Source: an uncultured delta proteobacterium
GTDB taxonomy: Bacteria > Desulfobacterota > Binatia > Binatales > Binataceae
Assembly: GCA_963717005.1 (NCBI GenBank)
Contig: OY970324.1
Span: 4,241,937-4,305,936 of the forward strand
Direction: 5' to 3'
Length of the DNA stretch: 64,000 nt
The notes under the pieces are model-generated. The model did not search any database and was not told the origin of the DNA. It saw nothing but the letters and a program-made list of their open reading frames with translations. Position 1 is the stretch's first letter. The number at the start of each line of letters is the position of its first letter. This document shows positions 1 through 8,717 of this stretch, piece by piece. A program made the position numbers and the translations under genes.

Positions 1-467
1 GTATCTACGCCGACTTCACCTGGGTCGCCTTCGCTGGCGACGAGGTTCCCGCCGAGCACGCGCGCGTGTTCAGGATTGTTGCGGATGCGCGCGATGCGGC
101 TGTGGATCTGATTCGGCGCCGCGTCGCCGCCGGCGAGCCAGTAAGCGGGCGCGAGGCGGATCGGGCGGCACGCTCGGTCATCGAGGCAGCCGGCTTCGGC
201 GATGCGTTTGTGCATCGCACGGGCCATTCGATCGGCCGCGAAGTGCATGGCGCCGGCGCGAATCTCGACTCGCTCGAGACGCTGGACGATCGCACTCTGA
301 TCGACCACACCTGCTTTTCAGTCGAGCCGGGAATTTATTTGCCGGGCGAGTTCGGCGTGCGCAGCGAACTCGACATGACGATCGAAAACGGCCGCGCACT
401 GGTCAGCGGCGAGCCGCGACAGCGCGAGATTGTCGCGCTCCTCGCGTCGCCCACTTCCAAGGTCTGA
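1..467 (+). CDS. M24-family metallopeptidase (Xaa-Pro aminopeptidase/prolidase-like), C-terminal part; the gene continues upstream of the window
   Basis: Frame open from the window start. The C-terminal pita-bread fold motifs are present (HRTGHSIGREVHG, SVEPGIYLPGEFGVRSE). Confidence 0.7.
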   Translation, partial: IYADFTWVAFAGDEVPAEHARVFRIVADARDAAVDLIRRRVAAGEPVSGREADRAARSVIEAAGFGDAFVHRTGHSIGREVHGAGANLDSLETLDDRTLIDHTCFSVEPGIYLPGEFGVRSELDMTIENGRALVSGEPRQREIVALLASPTSKV

Positions 468-492
468 CTGCGCGTGGCAACTTAGCCCGATC

Positions 493-1182
493 ATGATTCG
501 CGCGGTCATATTCGATCTCGACGGGACGCTGGTCGAAACCGAGCCGTTGCATTTCGCGGCCTTCAACCAGGTGCTGCGGCCCGAGGGAATCGAGATTGGC
601 TTCGACGACTACCTCGCGCGGCTGATTGGGCTTAACGATCGCGATTGTTTTGCGACCGTGCTGAACGAAAATCGCAAGGATGCAAGCGACCCGCATGTCG
701 CGGCGCTGATTGCGCGTAAGACGGCCGTGTATCAGGCGACTATTGCCGAGCGCGAGGTGCTCTATCCGGGAGCGGAGAAGTTCGCGCGCGATTGTGCGCA
801 GCGCTTTCCGCTGATGATCGTGACGGGCACACTGCGCGCCGAAGCTGAGGCGATTCTGCGCCGCGCCGGATTGCGCGAGTTGTTTCTCGACGTTATCGCG
901 GCTGAAGACGTTGAGCGCGGCAAGCCCGAGCCCGACGGTTTCATCGCGGCGCTCGGACGCATCGGTTATCTGCTGCGGCAGCGCGACCCGGTGCTGGCGG
1001 GCGAATGCCTGGCGGTCGAGGACACGCCGGCCGGAATCGAAGCGGCGCATCGCGCGGGCATGAAGGTGCTGGCGCTGTGCCACATGGCGCCGGCCAGCGA
1101 TCTCGCCGCGGCGGAAGTCGTGCGCGCTTCGATTTTCAATCTGGATCTCGACGACGTACTCCACGCACTAAGAGGACGATGA
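493..1182 (+). CDS. HAD-IA family hydrolase (beta-phosphoglucomutase-like phosphatase)
   Basis: Start taken at MIRAVIFDLDGTLVE (HAD motif I DxDGT). Motif III/IV-like residues follow. The N-terminal extension in the ORF track overlaps the upstream gene and is judged artefactual. Confidence 0.75.
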   Translation: MIRAVIFDLDGTLVETEPLHFAAFNQVLRPEGIEIGFDDYLARLIGLNDRDCFATVLNENRKDASDPHVAALIARKTAVYQATIAEREVLYPGAEKFARDCAQRFPLMIVTGTLRAEAEAILRRAGLRELFLDVIAAEDVERGKPEPDGFIAALGRIGYLLRQRDPVLAGECLAVEDTPAGIEAAHRAGMKVLALCHMAPASDLAAAEVVRASIFNLDLDDVLHALRGR

Positions 1183-1850
1183 TGGCGGCGAAGCTCTACC
1201 AGTTTCTCGGCAGCCCGTTCTGCGCCAAGGTGCGCAAGCTGCTCGCGTTCAAGGGTGTCGAGTTCGAGGTGGTCGAGGTTGACTACCTCGAGCGCAAGGA
1301 ATTGCTGCTGGCGTCGGGACAGCTGACGGTGCCGGCGGTGACCCTCGACAACGGCGAGACGATCGTCGATTCCGCGCGGATCGCGACCCGCCTCGAAGAG
1401 CTCTATCCCGAGCCGACGATTTTTCCCGCCGGATGGCGCGGGATGCACATGGTGCTCGCCGACTATATCGACAACCACCTGGAAGAGTCGGTGTATCCGG
1501 TCGCGCTCGCCGACGAGCTCGCGTACTACAGCCGCCAAGGTGCGGATCGCGGCGCGCTATGGCGTTTCATCCGCGAGCGCAAGTTTGGCAAAGGCTTCGT
1601 CGATCGAACTATCGCGGATCAATCGGCCAACTGGGCGCGCTTTCGCAGTGCACTGACGCCGTTCGAGGAGCAACTCGGCAATGCGCCGTTTCTGACCGGC
1701 AGAATTGGGCTGGCGGACTTCGCGCTCTACGGGCAGTTGTATTATTTGGCGTTCACCGGTGAGCTTAAGATTCCGGCCGAGATGAAAAATCTGCGCGCGT
1801 TTTTCGGCCGCGTCGATCGAATTAGTTCACTGGTCGAGCAAACCGATTGA
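1179..1850 (+). CDS. Glutathione S-transferase family protein
   Basis: Start MMAAKLYQFLGSPFCAKVRKLL has a GST N-terminal thioredoxin-like fold. The start overlaps the HAD gene stop. The rest of the ORF track extension is antisense junk. Confidence 0.7.
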   Translation: MMAAKLYQFLGSPFCAKVRKLLAFKGVEFEVVEVDYLERKELLLASGQLTVPAVTLDNGETIVDSARIATRLEELYPEPTIFPAGWRGMHMVLADYIDNHLEESVYPVALADELAYYSRQGADRGALWRFIRERKFGKGFVDRTIADQSANWARFRSALTPFEEQLGNAPFLTGRIGLADFALYGQLYYLAFTGELKIPAEMKNLRAFFGRVDRISSLVEQTD

Positions 1851-1859
1851 TAAGAGCTG

Positions 1860-2303
1860 CTAGACGATTTCGCTGATCGCGGTCGTCAGGAAGTGGCTGA
1901 AGAGCGCGCCGGTCGAATCGAGCGCTACATCATATAGCGACGCGGTGCGGCCGGGCACGAACACCTGATGGCCCTCGTCGGTCAGCGCGTACACGACGCA
2001 TAGCATCAGAGCGAGGTACGGCCGCTCCTTCATCGGGCCGCGCACCAGCAGCCAGAAAAGAATTCCGTACTCGGTAAAATGCGCGGCCTTGCGGGTGAGC
2101 GTGTGACAGACGTCAACCGACGCGGCGGAGATTCCGGGAATCAACCATCGCAGGATCGGGTCAATGATTCTGCTGGTGTTGGCCGCGGAAAACGCCGAGG
2201 TCGAGAGCGTGAAGATCACCGCGCCCCAGATCAGTGCCGGTATCCACTCGCCAAGCGGCGCGAGCTCGGGCGTCCCGGCCGACAATGATTTCGCTGACGC
2301 CAT
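1860..2303 (-). CDS. VanZ-like family membrane protein
   Basis: 147 aa with 4 predicted TM segments. Residue pattern is VanZ-like (WIPALIWGAVIF, TEYGILFWLL). Confidence 0.6.
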   Translation of the reverse strand: MASAKSLSAGTPELAPLGEWIPALIWGAVIFTLSTSAFSAANTSRIIDPILRWLIPGISAASVDVCHTLTRKAAHFTEYGILFWLLVRGPMKERPYLALMLCVVYALTDEGHQVFVPGRTASLYDVALDSTGALFSHFLTTAISEIV

Positions 2304-2437
2304 TTAGCCGGCCGCAATTTTCACGACGGCTGCCCGCGGCGTGAGGTCGCGTGTGATAGGGAAATATCGGGATTTCGGCTTTTTCATGAAGATCGGAAAC
2401 GTGCCAGACTTATCAATCATCGTTGCGAGTTACTAAT

Positions 2438-4003
2438 ATGAGCGCGCGTCTTGCGCGATCCAACATGGAAGGCGGCAACATGGACAACCTCATAACTATA
2501 CAACGAGCCCAGCAGGCGCCGCCATGCACCGTGGTGATCTTCGGCGCGTCGGGCGACCTCGCCAAGCGCAAACTGATTCCGTCGCTGTACAATCTGGTCG
2601 CGTGCGGCGCAGGCATGATGCCGCCGAAGAGCGCGGTGCTGGGATTTGCGCGGCGCGAGATGTCGCTCGACGATTTTCGCAAGAGTGCGCACGACTGGAC
2701 CATCCGCTTCTCGCGCCTCAAGGTTGACGAGGACTGCTGGGCCCGCTTCGCCGGCAACCTCGACTATCTGTCCGGTCTCGATCATCCCGACGGTTTCGTA
2801 AAACTTAAAGCTAAACTTGAAGCCTTGGAAAAGGCGCGCGGCCTCCCGCCCAACCGCGTTTACTACCTCGCGATACCGCCCGAGGCGATTATCGACTCGG
2901 TTCAGCGGCTGGCCGCAGCCGGACTGATCGACCACCCGGGCGCGCCGAACTTCACCCGCGTCGTCGTCGAAAAGCCCATCGGCCACGACTTGCCGAGCGC
3001 GCTCGAAATCAATCGCACGATGGTGAAGTATCTCGACGAGTCGCAGATTTTCCGCATCGACCATTACCTCGGCAAGGAAACCGTGCAGAACCTGCTCGCG
3101 CTGCGCTTCTCGAATAATATCTTCGAGCGCCTGTGGGGCGCGCGCAACGTCGATCACGTGCAGATAACCGTCGCCGAGGCGGAAGGCGTCGGCAGCCGCG
3201 CGATGTACTACGATCATTCGGGCGCGCTACGCGACATGGTGCAGAATCACATCCTGCAAACCTTGTCGCTGCTCACGATGGAGGCGCCGGTGTCGCTCGA
3301 CGCCGCGGCGATCCGCGAAGCCAAGCTCAACGTCCTGCGCACTCTGCGCCCGATAGCGGCTACCGATGCGCGCGCGAGCACCGTGCGCGCGCGCTACGCG
3401 CCCGGCGTCGATGAGAACGGCAAGCCCGCGCCCGCGTACATTGACGAGCAGGGCATCGCCGACAATTCACGCATCGAGACCTACGTCGCGCTCAAGGCCT
3501 ACATCGACAACTGGCGATGGTCGGGGGTGCCGTTTTTCATTCGCACCGGCAAGCGGATGAAGGCGCGCGCGAGTTCGATTTACGTGCAGTTCAAGGACGT
3601 GCCGCAAATCCTGTTCAATCGCGATTCGAAAATTCCCGCCAACGCCCTGACGATTCGGATTCAGCCTGACGAAGGTTTTTCGTTCGACGTCATGACCAAG
3701 CGGCCCGGGCTCGACCTGGTGCTGCAGCCGGTGCGGATGAATCTCAGCTACAACGCCGCGTTCGGCGATGGCGCGTCGCCGGAAGGATACGAGCGGCTGC
3801 TGCTTGACGTGATGGACGGCGACCATACGCTGTTCATCAGCGCACCGTTCGTCGAAAAGTCGTGGGAGTTCGTCCAGGGAATCCTGGACTCGTGGAGAGA
3901 CGCCGCACGCGTCCCGCTGGTCGAGTATCCCGCCGGAAGCTGGGGCCCGACCGAGGCCGACCAGTTGATTCGGTCCGCGGGAAGAGTATGGCATGAGCCC
4001 TAG
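2438..4003 (+). CDS. zwf: Glucose-6-phosphate 1-dehydrogenase
   Basis: Motifs IFGASGDLAKRKL (NADP binding) and RIDHYLGKE (active site) are present. ATG at 2438 is preferred over TTG at 2423. Confidence 0.9.
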   Translation: MSARLARSNMEGGNMDNLITIQRAQQAPPCTVVIFGASGDLAKRKLIPSLYNLVACGAGMMPPKSAVLGFARREMSLDDFRKSAHDWTIRFSRLKVDEDCWARFAGNLDYLSGLDHPDGFVKLKAKLEALEKARGLPPNRVYYLAIPPEAIIDSVQRLAAAGLIDHPGAPNFTRVVVEKPIGHDLPSALEINRTMVKYLDESQIFRIDHYLGKETVQNLLALRFSNNIFERLWGARNVDHVQITVAEAEGVGSRAMYYDHSGALRDMVQNHILQTLSLLTMEAPVSLDAAAIREAKLNVLRTLRPIAATDARASTVRARYAPGVDENGKPAPAYIDEQGIADNSRIETYVALKAYIDNWRWSGVPFFIRTGKRMKARASSIYVQFKDVPQILFNRDSKIPANALTIRIQPDEGFSFDVMTKRPGLDLVLQPVRMNLSYNAAFGDGASPEGYERLLLDVMDGDHTLFISAPFVEKSWEFVQGILDSWRDAARVPLVEYPAGSWGPTEADQLIRSAGRVWHEP

Positions 4004-4006
4004 CAG

Positions 4007-4060
4007 GGTGTTGAAACGCTCATATCGAAAGGCAGCCCGGGTTTCGAACCATTCAACACC
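4007..4060 (+). terminator. Nested stem-loop immediately after the zwf stop (GGTGTTGAA...TTCAACACC with an inner TCGAAA...TTTCGA stem)
   Basis: 9-bp outer and 6-bp inner inverted repeats are seen directly. No U-tract follows. Confidence 0.4.
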
Positions 4061-4129
4061 GTGCGTGAAAGATTGCTTCTTACCTACAACATCTCCCCCT
4101 TTGGGGGAGACAAGAGAGAGGGAGCAGGC

Positions 4130-4150
4130 GTTGAAAATTACTTTTTCAAC
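4130..4150 (+). promoter_or_regulatory. Perfect 8-5-8 palindrome GTTGAAAAttactTTTTCAAC, 20 nt upstream of the 4172 start codon; candidate operator or RNA hairpin
   Basis: Seen directly. It shares the GTTGAA/TTCAAC half-site with the 4007-4060 structure. Confidence 0.35.
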
Positions 4151-4171
4151 AGCCCGCTAGAGGACAAATTC

Positions 4172-4513
4172 ATGGCGACCAACGTTTGCTGCAATGTTGA
4201 AATCTTCGAGACGCCGCTCGCTTGCCGGCTCGATGCGATACCGGCGTCCGATCATCCGCGCTACAGCGAGTTGCGCCGGATGCTGGCCGCGGCTGCCATC
4301 GGCAAGTGCGATCTGCCCAACGGAATCGAGGTGCAAATCTCGACCGATCGCATGGCGCTCGCGCAACTCGCCGAGTGGATCACCTTCGAGCGCAAGTGCT
4401 GCCCTTTTCTGGATTTCAGAATCGACGTCGCGCCCGAGTCGGGGCCGGTATGGGTAAGCCTGACGGGCCGACCGGGCGTCAAGGAATTTCTGGCGCACGC
4501 CTTCAGGAAATGA
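4172..4513 (+). CDS. Hypothetical small Cys-rich protein (113 aa, 6 Cys including two CC pairs)
   Basis: Start MATNVCCNV with a GAGGA RBS 8 nt upstream. The longer ORF-track extension covers the structured upstream region. No recognisable family. Confidence 0.5.
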   Translation: MATNVCCNVEIFETPLACRLDAIPASDHPRYSELRRMLAAAAIGKCDLPNGIEVQISTDRMALAQLAEWITFERKCCPFLDFRIDVAPESGPVWVSLTGRPGVKEFLAHAFRK

Positions 4514-4530
4514 AGACAACGTGACGCTGC

Positions 4531-4590
4531 GTCCTGACCTCTCCCTGTCCGAGAGAGCTTTTTGCACAGCTCTCCTCGAACAAGGAGAGG
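4531..4590 (+). repeat. REP-like palindromic element, family 1, copy a (TCCTGACCTCTCCC ... CTCTCCTCGAACAAGGAGAGG)
   Basis: Near-identical to the copy at 9936-9999. Contains two hairpins. Confidence 0.6.
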
Positions 4591-4639
4591 TTATTTGGGA
4601 CAGAATTTGTTAGAAGTGTTGGCGTCGCAGGAGAGAAAA

Positions 4640-5491
4640 ATGAAAATCGGATTGCTCACCCCCTTCACCGGTAAAAATGCTCATCCTGCTGAATTTGCCC
4701 GCGTCGCCGAGGCGCTCGGCTTCGAGTCCATCTGGGTCCCCGAACATCCCGCGATGCCCGCGCATCCTCAGCAGCAGTTCCCCACCGGCGGTCCGATTCC
4801 GCCGCAATACTTCACGATGGCCGATCAGATGATCGCGCTCAGCATGGCGGCCGCCGTCACCAAAACTCTCAAACTCGCCACCGGCATCTGCCTCGTTCCC
4901 GAGCATGAACCGCTCGCCCTCGCCAAGCAGTTCGCCACGCTCGACGCATACTCGGGCGGCCGCGTGCTGTTCGGCATCGGCGCCGGATGGCTGCGCGAGG
5001 AGAGCGATTTGTTCGGCGTCGATTTTCCCCATCGATGGACCGAGACCGCCGAGATTGTCGCCGCGATGCGCAAGCTGTGGACCGAGGACGACGCCTCATT
5101 CGACGGCAACTACGTAAAGTTTCCGGCGGTCAAGTCACTGCCCAAGCCGGCGCAGAAGTCGGGACCGCCGGTTCTGATCGGCAGCCTCGACAAGAACGCG
5201 CTCAAGCGGGTCGCCAAATGGGCCGACGGATGGTGTCCGATCGCGCTGAACGCCGCGCAATTGAAGACCCGGGTCGATGAACTCAAGCGCGAGTGCACGG
5301 CGGTCGGAAGAAACTTCGCGCAACTCGACATCACGATCATGGGCGGCATCCGCGGCGATCGCGCAAAGGTCCAGGATGGCCTGAAAGAGTTCGCCGAAGC
5401 AGGCGCCGCCCGATTCGTCGCCGGCCTCGGCGATCTGACCTACGAGACTTCAGAAGGAATATTGAAGAAGCTAGCGGCCTTGTACGTTTAA
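4640..5491 (+). CDS. LLM-class (luciferase-like) flavin/F420-dependent oxidoreductase
   Basis: Starts MKIGLLTPFTG..FESIWVPEHP, with a TIM-barrel LLM signature. RBS gagag 8 nt upstream. Confidence 0.8.
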   Translation: MKIGLLTPFTGKNAHPAEFARVAEALGFESIWVPEHPAMPAHPQQQFPTGGPIPPQYFTMADQMIALSMAAAVTKTLKLATGICLVPEHEPLALAKQFATLDAYSGGRVLFGIGAGWLREESDLFGVDFPHRWTETAEIVAAMRKLWTEDDASFDGNYVKFPAVKSLPKPAQKSGPPVLIGSLDKNALKRVAKWADGWCPIALNAAQLKTRVDELKRECTAVGRNFAQLDITIMGGIRGDRAKVQDGLKEFAEAGAARFVAGLGDLTYETSEGILKKLAALYV

Positions 5492-5624
5492 GGGAATCGG
5501 GAAACAATTTTCATTTGACTTGACGCTCTTAACCGCTCCTCGTCCCAGAAACCTGTCGTATAACCCAACCCACAACTCTTCCCCCAATGTCATTCAGAGC
5601 CGCCGCGGCGAAGAATCCTTCTGT

Positions 5625-5663
5625 TCCCCTCTCCTGAAGGGAGAGGGGCGAGGGGTGAGGTCG
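5625..5663 (+). repeat. REP-like palindromic element, family 2, copy c (CCCCTCTCCtgaaGGGAGAGGGG + GAGGGGTGAGGTC)
   Basis: Related copy at 39832-39874. Confidence 0.55.
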
Positions 5664-5786
5664 CGCGCGATTTAAGATTTTGCTTGCGTCCGAGCACGCT
5701 CTCATCCCTGCCCGCGACCGCCACAGGAGTTCAGGGATGAACTGTTCAGCCTGATGTTCTCGCACCATGAATGTTACGATTCTCGA

Positions 5787-6467
5787 ATGAATAACAGTCA
5801 GGATGTCACCGAAGCGCCCGACCACACACTGCCCGCCATTTCACCCCGCCAACTCGCAGCGCGCCGCGCCAACGCCCTCAAATCTACCGGACCGCGCACC
5901 TCCGATGGCAAGGAAATCGCCCGCCAGAACAGTCTCAAGCATGGGTTCTTCTCATGCGATGTAGTCAACGCCGTACTCGATGGTCCCGCCCGTCTCGACG
6001 AATTCACCATGATGCTCGACGCTCTGCTCGAAGAATACGACCCGCAGACCGTCCGCGAGCGCATCCTCATCGATGAGGTCGCCGCATCTTGCTGGCGCAT
6101 CCGGCGAATCCTGCGCTACGAATGCCGCGAAACGTGGATCGACGATGACCGATATCGGCGCAAGGCCAAAACTGAAAGTCCCAGCGACGCGCTGCTCTCC
6201 ACCATGGGCTACGATCATCAAGGCAATCGTGACCGCATTTTCCGCAAGCTCCGCCGCGCCGGGCTCGATACCTTGATCCTGCCCGGCGGTTCGGACGTGG
6301 ACAAAATCGTCCGCTATGAACGGCTCATAAAGCGCAACCTGTACCGCGCGCTCTATACCCTCGAGCGCATCCGCGCCGCCCGCCAAGGTCCGCAATCATA
6401 CGACGCAGCTCCACTGCCCGAGCCGTTTAACCACGGGGGAGATCTGCTTGACGAAAACAAGTTTTGA
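5787..6467 (+). CDS. Hypothetical protein (orphan, 226 aa)
   Basis: Long ORF with normal codon usage and no recognisable motifs. The start is uncertain (5754 or 5787). Confidence 0.45.
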   Translation: MNNSQDVTEAPDHTLPAISPRQLAARRANALKSTGPRTSDGKEIARQNSLKHGFFSCDVVNAVLDGPARLDEFTMMLDALLEEYDPQTVRERILIDEVAASCWRIRRILRYECRETWIDDDRYRRKAKTESPSDALLSTMGYDHQGNRDRIFRKLRRAGLDTLILPGGSDVDKIVRYERLIKRNLYRALYTLERIRAARQGPQSYDAAPLPEPFNHGGDLLDENKF

Positions 6468-6569
6468 CGGAACGAAGCTACCGATAGGGGTATGCTATCG
6501 TCAGACCCCAACCTGTAGTAGGAACTGCCCCTCCTCAGACAAGTCTGGCAACGGGATGGCTCGGCAATG

Positions 6570-6710
6570 CTAACGGTTGACACTGCGCTTGAGGGGGGTA
6601 ATCTGCATTGGGATCCGCTCGGGGAAGCCGGTGAAAGGCCGGCGCTGCCCCGCAACTGTGAGTTGAGCGTTTACGACGCTCATCGAGTCAGGCGACCGGG
6701 CGAATCGATG
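6570..6710 (+). ncRNA. Cobalamin (B12) riboswitch
   Basis: The core at 6621-6662 (GGGGAAGCCGGTGAAAGGCCGGCGCTGCCCCGCAACTGTGAG) matches the conserved cobalamin-riboswitch core. A B12-box-like AGTCAGGCGACCGGGC lies at 6686-6701. It sits in the 5' leader of the TonB-like gene. Confidence 0.7.
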
Positions 6711-6841
6711 GAGCCGTACGAACCTTCGCGGGAGAGGGAGGCTTCAGGAGTTTTGTGGCTACAGCTGGCGTTTGAATTGCCGCGTAGCCGTCGCTCCTGG
6801 CCACTTCCATTTCAATCCGCGAAGTTCGGGCCGAAGCGACG

Positions 6842-7639
6842 TTGGACAACGAAAACAAATCGCATCCTCTATATGACTCGACGGTCGCGCGATCGCGCGG
6901 TCACGTCGCGTCGTTCGCAGCCTCGATTGCCGCGCATGCGGCAATCGTTGCGTTGATCGTGTGTTTCGCGTCGCCGGTTGCCCGCGGGCATAGCGAGTGG
7001 GTGCTGGCGTATCTGGTCGAGGGCGCGGACGGCGGCATCGGAAGCAGGGGCGCGAGCGTGGCGCCGCACGCGGCGGCACGCTCGGCGCCGCCGAAGGCGG
7101 CGCGCAAAGCGCGACGGCGCGTCGAAGACGCGCCGCTCGCGGTCGCGAGCGTTGCGCCGCAGCGTCGGGTCGCGCTGACGCGACCGATCGCGCCGGCGCC
7201 TGACGCACCGGCCGTGTCGCATGGCGACAACGAAACGGCCGGTGCGCATCCCGCCACGGCCGGTTCCGGCAGCGGCGGGACGAACCGCGGCGCGGCAGGA
7301 TCGTCCGCCGGCGCCGCCAATCGCGGCGCCGGCGACGACCCCAATTCCGTCGCCCATGCCGACTACGCCAGCAATCCGCCCCCCATCTATCCCGAAGCCG
7401 CGCGCCGCCGCGAGCAGCAGGGCACCGTCACCATCAGGGTGCTGGTCGGCGCCGACGGCGCCGTCGAGCGCGCCGAGTTGGCCGAGTCTTCCGGCTTCGA
7501 TTCGCTCGACGACGCCGCCCTCGAAACCGTCCGTTCCCGTTGGCGCTTTGTGCCCGCGCGACACGGCGGCCTCGCGGTCGAAAGCTGGGTCCTGGTTCCG
7601 ATACGATTCGCCTTGCTCGAAGCCAGCGCCGTTCGCTGA
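6842..7639 (+). CDS. Energy transducer TonB-family protein (C-terminal TonB domain)
   Basis: N-terminal TM anchor, Pro/Ala-rich linker, and C-terminal YPEAARRREQQGTVTIRVLVGADGAVERAEL...WRFVPA. The start is uncertain. Confidence 0.7.
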   Translation: MDNENKSHPLYDSTVARSRGHVASFAASIAAHAAIVALIVCFASPVARGHSEWVLAYLVEGADGGIGSRGASVAPHAAARSAPPKAARKARRRVEDAPLAVASVAPQRRVALTRPIAPAPDAPAVSHGDNETAGAHPATAGSGSGGTNRGAAGSSAGAANRGAGDDPNSVAHADYASNPPPIYPEAARRREQQGTVTIRVLVGADGAVERAELAESSGFDSLDDAALETVRSRWRFVPARHGGLAVESWVLVPIRFALLEASAVR

Positions 7640-7708
7640 GGCCCCGACGCCAACCGTGCTTATCCCGCCAAGCCGTGATATAAGCCCCATCCGAGGAGGG
7701 TAGGAAAG

Positions 7709-8221
7709 ATGGCCTCGAAAGCATGTACTACTCTGGCGGTGGCTGGCTTGATGGTTGCCGGGGCGATTCTTGCGCCCATCCGCGCAAGCGCGATCGAAGT
7801 CAAGAAGGATCTCTACAACAATAGCGGTCCGGCGGGTCCGAGCGCCGCGGGCCCCGCCAGGGAAAATCCCATCCCAAAGGCGCTGGCCAGTCAGCTCAGC
7901 GACACTATCGCAAGTGAGTCCGACAGTTACGTCAGCGACGAGAGCGAGAAGAAGTCGTCGGGCAAGACCTACGTCGATCTCGAGCACGCGAAATTTCTGT
8001 ATCTGCCGACGATGAAGGCGGGGCATTGGACCGTACTCGCGAAGCTGCAGGCGGCCGAGTACACCCCGTCCAAGAGCGGCGAGGGCAGGGGCAGGCCGAC
8101 CGGCAAGCAGAAGATCCTGGTGTTCAACTACCGCCTCGACGGCAACAAATGGACCGAAGTCGAGCAGCCGAAGTGGGAAGACGTTGACGTCACCGGCACG
8201 GCGGCGGCAGCCCATAAATAG
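7709..8221 (+). CDS. Secreted hypothetical protein (signal peptide, 170 aa)
   Basis: N-terminal MASKACTTLAVAGLMVAGAILAPIRASA. Probably co-transcribed with the TonB-like gene. Confidence 0.55.
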   Translation: MASKACTTLAVAGLMVAGAILAPIRASAIEVKKDLYNNSGPAGPSAAGPARENPIPKALASQLSDTIASESDSYVSDESEKKSSGKTYVDLEHAKFLYLPTMKAGHWTVLAKLQAAEYTPSKSGEGRGRPTGKQKILVFNYRLDGNKWTEVEQPKWEDVDVTGTAAAAHK

Positions 8222-8278
8222 TTTTTCGGTGACGCAAATTTACTTCGCGGCGGAACCAAAAAATCCGGCGCGGTTAAC

Positions 8279-8710
8279 GTGAAGAAGAAAATACAGGACG
8301 ACCTCAAGGCCGCGATGAAGAGCGGCGACAAATTGCGCATGATGGCGTTGCGCGGTGTGCTGTCCGAGATCTCGCGCCTTGAGAAAGACGTTCGCCGCGA
8401 TCCCAATGACGCCGAGATCCTGCAAATCATCAAGCGTGAGCGGGCCAAGCGCGAAGAGTCGCTCGAGTTTGCGCGCAAGGCGGCGCGCCAGGACCTGATC
8501 GATCAGAACGAGACCGAGGCGAAGGTGCTCGAATCATATCTGCCGGCGGCGGCCTCGGCCGACGAAGTGCGCGCGGAAATCGCGGCGGCGATTGCGGCGG
8601 GCGCGACCCAGATGGGCCCGTTGATGAAAGCGCTGCGCGACAAGTTCGGCGCCGGTCTCGACGGCAAGACTGCCAGCGAGCTGGCCAAGGAAGCGCTCGC
8701 AAAAAAGTAA
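8279..8710 (+). CDS. GatB/YqeY domain-containing protein
   Basis: GTG start. The conserved YqeY-like helical pattern is present (KAAMKSGDK..LRGVLSEI). Confidence 0.7.
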   Translation: MKKKIQDDLKAAMKSGDKLRMMALRGVLSEISRLEKDVRRDPNDAEILQIIKRERAKREESLEFARKAARQDLIDQNETEAKVLESYLPAAASADEVRAEIAAAIAAGATQMGPLMKALRDKFGAGLDGKTASELAKEALAKK

Positions 8711-8717
8711 GCTTCGA

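Noticed and set aside
6869-8215. 448-aa minus-strand ORF, Arg/Ala/Gly-rich
   Set aside because: It is antisense to the TonB-like and secreted-protein genes. The composition is typical of an off-frame read in high-GC DNA and there are no motifs.
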